Below are positions 10,211 through 18,790 of a DNA stretch of 19,143 nucleotides, piece after piece. The notes below the pieces were generated by a model. It made no database searches and was not told where the DNA came from. It was given only the letters and a program-made list of their open reading frames with translations. This DNA is from Octopus sinensis. Lineage: Eukaryota. Numbering within the stretch: position 1 is the first letter of the stretch; every line of letters starts with the position of its first letter. The position numbers and the translations under genes were made by a program. Where the stretch lies: NCBI RefSeq assembly GCF_006345805.1, contig NW_021824903.1, positions 1-19,143 on the forward strand, given 5' to 3'.

Positions 10211-10572
10211 CATCATCATCATCATCATTATTATTACTATTATCATCATTATTGTTTTTGTTGTTATTAGTGTTCAGGTCACTACTTGGAATCGAACTCG
10301 GAATTTTGGGGTTAAGAGCGCGGGCTACTAACCCCAAGTTTCTGAGTTTGATTCCAAGCAGTGACCTGAATAATAATAATAAAAATAATAATGATAATAA
10401 TAATGATAATGATAATAACATCACAAAATACCTTAGGAATGAGGACCCAGGCTCGAAATTTCCCCAAGACACCTGATGAAGGCTGGAGGGTATATCAAGT
10501 CGAAACGTTGTGTTAACAACAAACAGGACGAGGACAAATATCCGTCAAATGTAAATAATGTAAATAATGTAA
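10105..10572 (+). mobile_element. Non-coding foldback retroelement: tRNA-like head, (AAT)n linker and hammerhead-bearing tail, preceded by an inverted partial copy
   Basis: 10105-10314 is an inverted copy of 10329-10464; head GGTTAAGAGCGCGGG-CTACTAA-CCC...GAGTTYGATTCC; tail ends in short AATGTAAAT tandem repeats. Confidence 0.8.
10468..10514 (+). ncRNA. Minimal type I hammerhead ribozyme motif (Penelope-type)
   Basis: Stem I GACAC (10468-72)/GUGUU (10510-14); CUGAUGA (10473-79) plus extra A; stem II GGCU/AGUC; GAAA (10502-05); loopless palindromic stem III ACGU; predicted cleavage after GUU at 10509. Confidence 0.75.
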
Positions 10573-10655
10573 TTTCCATGGTGTCACTCAGTAGGACTGA
10601 ACCTTAGACTGCCTGGTTGTGAAGCTGTCTTCGTAACTACACGACCACGCTTGCG
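10572..10655 (-). mobile_element. Decayed SINE family B head
   Basis: Minus strand GCGTGGTCGTGTAGTTACGAAG...CAACCA...GGTTCAGTCCTACTGAGTGACACCATGG resembles ~5391-5470. Confidence 0.6.
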
Positions 10656-10657
10656 CT

Positions 10658-10700
10658 GTTTTGTTTGTTTGTTTGTTTGTTTGTTTGTTTGTTTGTTTTT
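10658..10700. repeat. (GTTT)n microsatellite
   Basis: Direct inspection. Confidence 0.9.
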
Positions 10701-10713
10701 GCTTCGTTCTTTA

Positions 10714-10920
10714 TGTGGCGATGCCTGGCCTAGAGGTTACTGGGTAGGGTTCACGATCATAATGTCGTGGGCTCAATTCCTAGAGCAAGACACTTCATCT
10801 CACTCAGCTCCAGTCTATTTATCTGCAAATGAGCAGCGCAACCGAGTAATGATGCAGGCCTCTCCCTCTCTAGCTTTCACATCGAGTATGCTTATCTGTT
10901 TCCGAGTACATAAGCACCTA
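10714..10920 (+). mobile_element. Decayed SINE family C-like copy with a third tail type
   Basis: TGGCCTAGAGGTTA (A-box-like), GGCTCAATTCC (B-box-like), GAGCAAGACACTTCATCTCAC...GCTCCAGTC core. Confidence 0.55.
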
Positions 10921-11327
10921 AAACAAATCGTAGCAAACTTTACTAAAACGAACTCATTCCTGATTGACGACTGAGTGTACTGCTTGTATATTTCTATGTT
11001 TTTATACTTTTTTTCTTGATTCTGAATTCTTTAAAAAAAAAAAAAAAAAAAACAACACGCCCCACTTTCCTCATTTGTGTCCTTTTAATCTTTTCGTTTA
11101 TTGGTTGCGGAGGTCGCAAGTGCCCCCTCGTAGCCAATAAAGGAGACCATTAATTAAATTTTTTTTAGATTTATTCATTCCATAATAATCTTGTTGTTGT
11201 TTTTGATATTGTTATTTATTACATTAATTTAAAGCTGTTATTGTTGGTGTCGTTCGTGACGCATATTTCTAACTTCCATGTTTGATTTAAGACGTTGTAG
11301 CGTCCTAAAGTAATTGCTCCTCTTTGA

Positions 11328-11410
11328 CTTCCTCCCTCCCTCTCTTCATTCCCTTCTTTCTTTCCTTCCTTCCTTCCTTCCTTCCTTCCTTCATTTCTTT
11401 ATTTATTTAT
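11328..11410. repeat. (TTCC)n/pyrimidine-rich tract
   Basis: Direct inspection. Confidence 0.85.
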
Positions 11411-11583
11411 CGAAGCTTTCTCTGAAGACACATTAAAAATATTTTCCCGTTGTCTGGTGAAGAAGATAAATCTTAAGAAATATGACACCTTTCAATATCT
11501 ATTGCTAAGTAATTGCGTTTCATTCGAAAAAAAGCAGAAATATTTGACCATCGGATAAAACGCTTAACAGCAATTCTTCTGTC

Positions 11584-12264
11584 TTTTTTTTACATTCTAA
11601 GTTCAGTTCTCGCCGGGACCAAGTGCATCTTTCATCTTTCCAGGATTGATATAAAATAAAGTGCCAGTCAAGTATACGTCGATTATATCGACTAGAATTC
11701 CCCCTACTTTGAAAGATCCAGCCTTGTACCTACATCAGAAAAACATTTGCGACGATGAGCTGACTGAATCGTTAGTGCGTCGGACAAAATGCCCAGCAAC
11801 ATTTCTTCCAAGTTCTTTTCTTCTGAAGTCAAAACCGCCGAGGTCGACTTTGCCTTTCATCCTTTCGGGGTCAATAAATTAAGTACCAGTTACGCACTGG
11901 AGTCGATGTAATCGACTTAATACCTATGTCTGTCTTTGTTTGTCCCCCTCGGTTTAGCCCCTGTGTAGTATGGTGATAAAGTGCGTTGTCTTCTTTGTTT
12001 TTTTACATTCTAAGTTCAGTTCTCGCCGGGACCAAGTGCATCTTTCATCTTTCCAGGATTGATATAAAATAAAGTGCCAGTCAAGTAGCCGTCGATTATA
12101 TCGACTAAAAATTCCCCCTACTTTGAAAGAGCCAGCCTTGTACCTACATCAGAAAAACATTTGCGACGATGAGTTGACTGAATCGTTAGTGCGTCGGACA
12201 AAATGCCCAACAGCACTTCTTCCAAGTCATTCTCTTTTGAGCTCAAAACCACCGAGGTCGACTT
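11584..12264 (+). repeat. ~265-bp direct duplication (11584-11851 / 11997-12264, offset 413)
   Basis: TACATTCTAAGTTCAGTTCTCGCCGGGACC at 11591 and 12004; near identity persists to GAGGTCGACTTT, then the copies diverge. Confidence 0.93.
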
Positions 12265-12378
12265 TACTTTTTATCAGTTCGGAGTCGATAAAAAAACAGT
12301 ACCAGTTATGTACTGGAGTCTGTTACATTGACTTGCCCTTTCCCCAAAAATTTCAGGCCCGGTACCTATGATAAAAAG

Positions 12379-12419
12379 AATTATTATTATATTATTATTA
12401 TTTTTTAATTTTATTATTA

Positions 12420-12460
<41 letters not shown>

Positions 12461-12476
12461 ACTACTACTGCTGCTG

Positions 12477-12521
<45 letters not shown>
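12379..12521. repeat. (ATT)n(ACT)n compound microsatellite grown from a SINE tail
   Basis: Direct inspection. Confidence 0.93.
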
Positions 12522-13172
12522 TTAAGTCCAGACCGATGCACTTACGTTTTAAGCCGGTGAGTTGGCAGAATCGTTAGCACGCCGTGCAGAATGCTTAGCG
12601 GTATTTCGTCTGCCGCTACGTTCTGAGTTTAAATTCTGCCGAGGTCGACTTTACCTTTCCTTATTTCGGGGTCCATAAAAGAAGCACCTGTTGAGTACTG
12701 GGGTCCATGTAATCGACTTACCCAACTCCTTCAAAATTTCAGACCCGGTACCTATAATAAAAAGAATTATTATTATGATGATTAAATCCCGGCCGATGCA
12801 CTTAAGTTTTAAGGCGGCAAGCTGACGGAATCGTTAGCACACAGGGCGGAATGCTTAGTGGTATTTCGTAAAGTCCTGCCGAGATCGACTTTGCCTTTCA
12901 TCCTTTCGGGGTCGATAAATTAAGTGCCATTTGCGTACTGGGGGTCGATCTAATCGACTGCCCCCTTTCCCAAAAATTTCAGGCATTGTGCCTAGAGTAG
13001 AAAGGATCATGATTAAGGAAGTGAGCCTGCAGAATTCTTCCGACTCTTTGCGCCATTGTCGACGTTGCCTTCCATCCTTTCGAAGTCGATAAAAAGAAGT
13101 TCCAGTTAAATAGTGGAGGTCAATGTAATCAACTAATCTCTCCCATTGAGAACGTATTGGCTTTGTGTCAGT

Positions 13173-13173
13173 A

Positions 13174-13272
<99 letters not shown>

Positions 13273-13587
13273 GAGTGAGAGAGCAGTTCATGCCATCAAA
13301 GTGACACTGGGTAAAATATACGAAGCACAGTATACTCATCATGACTACCCGTCTGATAAGGGTACACTAGGCACATGCATCACAACCATGTGTGCGTGAC
13401 ATGGTGATCTCATATCAAGATAAACAGCACATGGCCTTGCAGGTGGGGCCCAGTTAGATTTTCTTCTGGTCGAGTAACCCATCCTGCTCAAAAGGTCCCT
13501 GAGAAGGATGTTGAATGAAACACCCACGTTTCCAGAGGTGAATTATTCAAACCCCAAAGAATCCCTCTCAACACATGGCTATGATGC

Positions 13588-13621
<34 letters not shown>
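13173..13621. repeat. (ATT)n microsatellite split by a ~315-bp insert
   Basis: ATT arrays at 13173-13272 and 13588-13621. Confidence 0.92.
13273..13587 (-). mobile_element. Probable 5'-truncated retroelement 3' end inserted in or tailed by (AAT)n
   Basis: Complex non-coding sequence with sharp borders against ATT arrays on both sides; orientation inferred from the longer array. Confidence 0.55.
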
Positions 13622-13826
13622 GAATCACTGGACGAAATTCGTTGGCGGCATTTCGTCCACCTTTAAGTTCTGAGTTCAAATTTCCCCTTCCAAGTGTCGA
13701 TAAAATAAATACTTAACGAGCTATGGGTCGATGTGATCGACTTTACCCCTCCACCGAAATTTGATGGGCTTCTGCCAACATTTGAAATCATTATTAGAAA
13801 ACATTTTTAAGACGGCGAACTGGCGA
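13622..13826 (+). mobile_element. Decayed SINE family A copy plus start of another head
   Basis: GGCATTTCGTCC, GTTCTGAGTTCAAATT, GTCGATAAAATAA, GGGTCGATGTGATCGACT, then AAGACGGCGAACTGGC. Confidence 0.7.
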
Positions 13827-13945
13827 AAGAAAGATGAAAGAACACTGTGAGCGAGGATATCCCAGTCACGGCCATTCCATAATTTAACTAGGCATCGTGT
13901 ATCTTGGACTATATCATCGGATGTATTCTGTTAAATGAGATTCGA

Positions 13946-13947
13946 GC

Positions 13948-14027
<80 letters not shown>

Positions 14028-14118
14028 TAGTAGTAGTAGCAGCAGCAATAGTAGTGGTAGTAGTAGTAGTAGTAGCAGCAGCAGAAGCAGCAATAGTAGT
14101 AGTAGTAGTAGTAGTAGT
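13946..14118. repeat. (GTA)n/(GCA)n compound microsatellite
   Basis: Direct inspection. Confidence 0.95.
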
Positions 14119-14399
14119 GGGGTTGATGTAAGCCCAGGTGAAACCTGATCGACCAGAACTGTGGGCAAAAGCTGTCCAACCACGACCATCCTGATTTTTT
14201 CCCATCCCACCTCTTCATTTCTTTTCACTTTTCTATTTCCAATTTTTTTTTTATTCTATTTCTCTTTCGGATAATTGGATGTGGTTACAGTATCCAAGAT
14301 GGCAGACGTATGATTAGAAGGAGCGACTTGGCTGCTATTTCTAACAAGTCAAGCTACCATGTAGAGGTATTAGGAAAACCTATAGTGGTAGAAATTTTG

Positions 14400-15032
14400 A
14401 TAGGGTATTGATGGTAGTATTGATGAGAGTATTGATGGTGATAGTGGTGGTGGAGGTAGTGGTAGTGGTAGCGGTGATGGTAGAGGCCATCGTATTGTGG
14501 TTGCGATCGTATTGATATTAGTAGTGGTTGGGATGGTAGTGGTAGTGTTTGTCGTAGGAGTAGAGGTGGTGGCAATAGCAGTAGCGGTGTTAGTGGTAGC
14601 GGTAACAGAGGTAGTAATATTATTGTTGTTGTTGTTTTTATTATTGTTCGTGGTGGTGGTGGTGGTCTTAACCATCGTCGTCGTAGTGATAGTAGTAGTA
14701 GTGGCAGTGTTGGTGGCGGTGGTGGTAGTAGTAGTAGTAGAAGTTGTGGTGGTGGTCTTGGTAGTGGTCATGGTCGTGGTAGTAATAGTAGTAGTGGCGG
14801 CGGCGGTGGTGGTAGTGGTAGTAGTAGTAGTAGAAGTGGTGGTGGTGGTAGTAGTAGAAGTGTTGGTGGTCGTCGTGATCGTGCTCGTGGTTGTAGTAGT
14901 AGTAGTAGTAGTAGTAGTGTGGTGGTGGTGGTGGTGGTGGTAGTGGTAGTAGTAGTAGTAGAAGTGGTGGTGGTGGTGGTAGTAGTGGTGGTAGTCGTAG
15001 TCGTACTTGTGGTTGTAGTACTAGTAGTAGTT

Positions 15033-15060
<28 letters not shown>
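14400..15060. repeat. Degenerate (GTA)/(GTG) triplet low-complexity region
   Basis: Cryptic triplet repeat; contains diverged versions of the downstream minisatellite landmark. Confidence 0.9.
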
Positions 15061-15067
<7 letters not shown>

Positions 15068-15498
15068 GGTGGTAATAGTAGTAGTAGTGGTGGTAGTAGT
15101 AGTAGAAGTGTTGCTGGTGGTCGTGCTCGGGGTTGTAGTAGTAGCAGTAGTAGTAGTAGTAGTAGTTAGTAGTAGTGGTGGTGGTGGTAATAGTAGTAGT
15201 AGTGGGGGTAGTAGTAGTAGAAGTGTTGCTGGTGGTCGTGCTCGGGGTTTGTAGCGTAGCAGTAGTAGTTGTGTAGTAGTAGTAGTAGTAGTGGTGTGGT
15301 GGTTGGTAATAGTAGTAGTAGTGGTGGTAGTAGTAGTAGAAGTGTTGCTGGTGGTCGTGCTCGGGGTTGTAGTAGTAGCAGTAGTAGTTGTAGTAGTAGT
15401 AGTATAGTAGTAGTGGTGGTGGTGGTAATAGTAGTAGTAGTGGTGGTAGTAGTAGTAGAAGTGTTGCTGGTGGTCGTGCTCGGGGTTGTAGTAGTAGC

Positions 15499-15540
<42 letters not shown>

Positions 15541-15618
15541 GGTGGTAATAGTAGTAGTAGTGGTGGTAGTAGTAGTAGAAGTGTTGCTGGTGGTCGTGCT
15601 CGGGGTTGTAGTAGTAGC

Positions 15619-15660
<42 letters not shown>

Positions 15661-15856
15661 GGTGGTATAGTAGTAGTAGTGGTGGTAGTATAGTAGAAGT
15701 GTTGCTGGTGGTCGTGCTCGGGGTTGTAGTAGTAGCAGTAGTAGTTGTATAGTAGTAGTAGTATAGTGGTAGTGTGGTGGTGGTGGTAATAGTAGTAGTA
15801 GTGGTGGTAGTAGTAGTAGAAGTGTTGCTGGTGGTCGTGCTCGGGGTTGTAGTAGC

Positions 15857-15891
<35 letters not shown>

Positions 15892-15895
15892 CGGT
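15060..15895. repeat. ~119-bp higher-order minisatellite, 7 copies
   Basis: Landmark GAAGTGTTGCTGGTGGTCGTGCTCGGGGTT at 15105, 15220, 15339, 15458, 15578, 15696 and 15819. Confidence 0.93.
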
Positions 15896-16139
15896 GGTGG
15901 TGCTGTTGGTGATGAATCCCGGGTCGTGATTCCTGTTGCGGCAATTGCAGTGGGGGCGGGGTGAGGGGTGGAGGTGGAGGTTTCATTTTTTTTTTTTTTC
16001 CTTTCTTTTGATTTTTGTTTTCGATTTTGTTTTTTCCTTGGATTTCTTCCCGTCATCCTTTCCTACCTCATTCCTCCTCTTAATACCTCCTCTGGCTGCT
16101 GCTGCTGCTGATGCGCCATCCACGAGAAGCAGAGTAAGA

Positions 16140-16466
16140 CACACAGAGAGAGAGAGAGAGAGAGAGAAGAGAGAGAGAGATGGAGGTGGGGGGAGAGACA
16201 AGGGGGAGGGGGGTATATTGGGGGGGGGGGGAGGGGAGGTGGTGAGACGGTGCAGGCCACTGCGGAGAATCAATCTTGCTCTGTTGTTGATAAGACACAG
16301 AAATGGTAAAGAGAGTTGTGTATGCATTAGCGTGTGCGTGTGTGTGTGTGTGTGTGGTGTGTGTACGTGGTGTGTGTGTGCGTGTGTGTGCGTGTGTGTG
16401 TGTGTGTGTGCGTGTGCGCTCGCATGTGTGAGTGTATGTAGAAATATAAATATATGCTCACAAACT

Positions 16467-16498
<32 letters not shown>

Positions 16499-16752
16499 GC
16501 ATAAATATTTGTATAGATAACTTCATATAATATACGTATGTGTGTGTGTGTGTGTGTGTGTGTACATACAGGCGTATAGATACGTATACAAACACATATG
16601 TCTGCATGTATATAGAAATATTTATATATACAACTCCAATGTATGTGTGCCTGTATGTGGGAACATGCCTCTACATGTATACATATGTGTGTAGGTACGT
16701 ATGCATGCATTACGAATTTGTGTGTGTGTATGTAAATATATATATATATATA

Positions 16753-16786
<34 letters not shown>

Positions 16787-16810
16787 GATATAATATATAT
16801 ATATATATAT
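16140..16810. repeat. (GA)n, poly-G, (GT)n and (TA)n microsatellite cluster
   Basis: Direct inspection; a short complex spacer lies at ~16240-16330. Confidence 0.88.
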
Positions 16811-16876
16811 ACCGGAGTAAACACATAAATGTGAAACGAGGTGGAAAAAAGAGTACTCAAATATCATGGTAGAGTA

Positions 16877-16990
16877 ATATGCTTTATTTAAAGCAGCAGA
16901 AAATTCAACAACCCCTGTTACTCTGAGTTTCCCGTTGCCGTTCAGAGTAACAGATTTTGTTGAATTTTCTGTTGCTTTAAATAAGTATAT
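16877..16990. repeat. ~50-bp-arm inverted repeat (foldback) within a short complex element (16811-16990)
   Basis: ATATGCTTTATTTAAAGCAGCAGAAAATTCAACAA..CTGTTACTCTGA (16877-16926) pairs with TCAGAGTAACAG..TTGTTGAATTTTCTGTTGCTTTAAATAAGTATAT (16942-16990); 15-nt loop. Confidence 0.9.
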
Positions 16991-17001
16991 ATAATATATA
17001 T

Positions 17002-17054
<53 letters not shown>

Positions 17055-17158
17055 AAATATATATATATAATATATATATCTATATATACGTATGTATGCT
17101 AGTATATATATATATATTGCATGCATATATGTATATATATATATATAAATATAATATA

Positions 17159-17199
<41 letters not shown>

Positions 17200-17573
17200 A
17201 TATATTATATTCTATATAATTAATATATGCATGTATGTATATATGCATGCATATATGTATATATGTATATATATATGTATGTATCAGATATGCTGGTCTG
17301 CAGGTTACGTTATGAAGACGTGAAACTTGTAACTTATGAATAATCATTTGTTTTATTTGTACCACACACACACACACACACAAACACACTATAACATACA
17401 CAAACGCGCCCCCGTGCATACGCACATGCACACATTCACACATGCACACATATACACAGATATACACTGAAACATACTCATACATATCTACATGTCGTAT
17501 ACGGTTGCGTGGCGATGATTTTACATGTATATACAAACATACACACACAATCACGCTCACAGATATATGTATG

Positions 17574-17642
<69 letters not shown>

Positions 17643-18000
17643 GTGTGTGTGTGTATGCATATATACATATATACAAACATACATATAAAACTTACACTTA
17701 TATAAGCATATGTATATATACATATCCATGTGTATGTGTATATATATATATATGCACACACATACGCCCCATATACATATAACTATGTACGTCTGTGTGT
17801 GTACATATACATATATGTATATATATACTTATAGTATATATAATATATACATGTATATGTGTGTGTATGCGTATATATATATATATATAATATATATATA
17901 TATATATTATATATAGATATAGATATAGATATGTGTATGTATGTATGTATGTATTTATGTATGTATGTATGTACGTATGTATATACGAGTGTATGTATAC
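16991..18000. repeat. Extended (TA)n/(CA)n/(TG)n/(TATG)n microsatellite field
   Basis: Direct inspection. Confidence 0.93.
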
Positions 18001-18127
18001 TGGTGATGTATGATAGGGGGATCGCTGAATCCAATGAGTTGTCGGGGCAGGGGAGACGTATTATTGATGATCAATTTAGCTGCAAGTTCTACAGGAGATA
18101 TGACCATGTAAGGGGTGGGGTGTAATT

Positions 18128-18440
18128 GGTGGTGGTCATGGTGGTGATAGTGGATGTGGTGGTGTTGGTAATGGTGACGGTAGTGTTGCTGTTGCTGTTG
18201 TTGGTGGTGTTGGTGGTGATGGTGTTGGTGGTGGTAGTGGTGGTGGTGATGGTGTGTTGGTAGTGGTGGTGGTGATGGTGGTGTTTGTCGTAACGATAGA
18301 GATGACGATTATGATGGCGGTGGTGGTAGTGATGGTTAATTTTGCGTGGTGATGGTCACGGTCGGCGGTTTCTGCTGATGTAGATGATGGTGGTGCCATT
18401 AACGGCGATGTTGCCATTAACGGCGATGTTGGTGGTGGTA
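18128..18440. repeat. Degenerate (GGT)n region with an 18-bp tandem duplication
   Basis: TGCCATTAACGGCGATGT twice in tandem at ~18394-18429. Confidence 0.85.
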
Positions 18441-18461
18441 TTAGTAATTCAAGATGGAATT

Positions 18462-18790
18462 GTGAGGGCACATGGCTCAGTGGTTAGAGCGTCGAGCTCA
18501 CAATTAGGAGGTGGTGAGTTCAATTCCCGGACCGGGCTGTGTTGTGTTCTTAAGCAAAATCACTTTATTTCACGTTGCTCCTGTTCACTCAGCTGTAGAA
18601 ATCAGTTGCGACGTCACTGGTTCCAAGCTGTATTGGCCCCTTTGCCCTTCCTTGGATAACATCAGTGGTGCAGAGAAGGGAAGCTGGCATGCATGGGTGA
18701 ATGCTGGTCTCCCATAAACACCTTTACCCAGACTTGTGCCTCAGAGCGTAACACTCTAGGTGCATCTTACGATCATTCATGACGGTTGGG
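18462..18790 (+). mobile_element. tRNA-derived SINE family C with a different 3' half from the 6413-6712 copy
   Basis: A-box TGGCTCAGTGG (18473-83), B-box GAGTTCAATTC (18516-26), shared core TTGTGTTCTT.AGCAAAA...TTTCACGTTGCTCC.GT.CACTCAGCT; right boundary approximate. Confidence 0.82.

Larger units (their letters stand above)
11545..13170 (+). mobile_element. Head-to-tail array of about seven SINE family A copies of differing divergence
   Basis: GAATCGTTAG heads near 11766, 12180, 12568 and 12828; repeated GAGGTCGACTTT cores; tail types 1 and 2 both present. Confidence 0.85.

Noticed and set aside
9999-10476. Two antiparallel ORFs with similar membrane-like peptides (toxin/antitoxin-like appearance)
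   Set aside because: The similarity comes from the DNA palindrome, and the hydrophobic runs come from (TTA)n
11661-12371. Two paralogous small ORFs (PALYLHQKNICDDELTESLVRRTKCP)
   Set aside because: They lie in duplicated SINE sequence and use non-ATG starts
15105-15850. Regularly spaced ~30-bp repeat resembling a CRISPR array
   Set aside because: The spacers are near-identical triplet repeats rather than unique sequences; eukaryotic context; no cas genes
13904-15986. Long ORFs of poly-V, poly-T, poly-L, poly-Y/H
   Set aside because: Translations of GTA/GTG/GCA triplet repeats, open in several frames on both strands; no domain evidence
17300-17340. TGAAGA-CGT-GAAAC-TT-GTAAC, hammerhead-like words inside a small inverted repeat
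   Set aside because: The core begins AUGA rather than CUGA and there is no room for stem II
16327-18125. Many overlapping ORFs with CV/HT/YI runs
   Set aside because: Dinucleotide repeat artefacts
18462-18535. Possible functional tRNA gene
   Set aside because: A and B boxes are present, but there is no proper cloverleaf or acceptor stem and it runs into a SINE core
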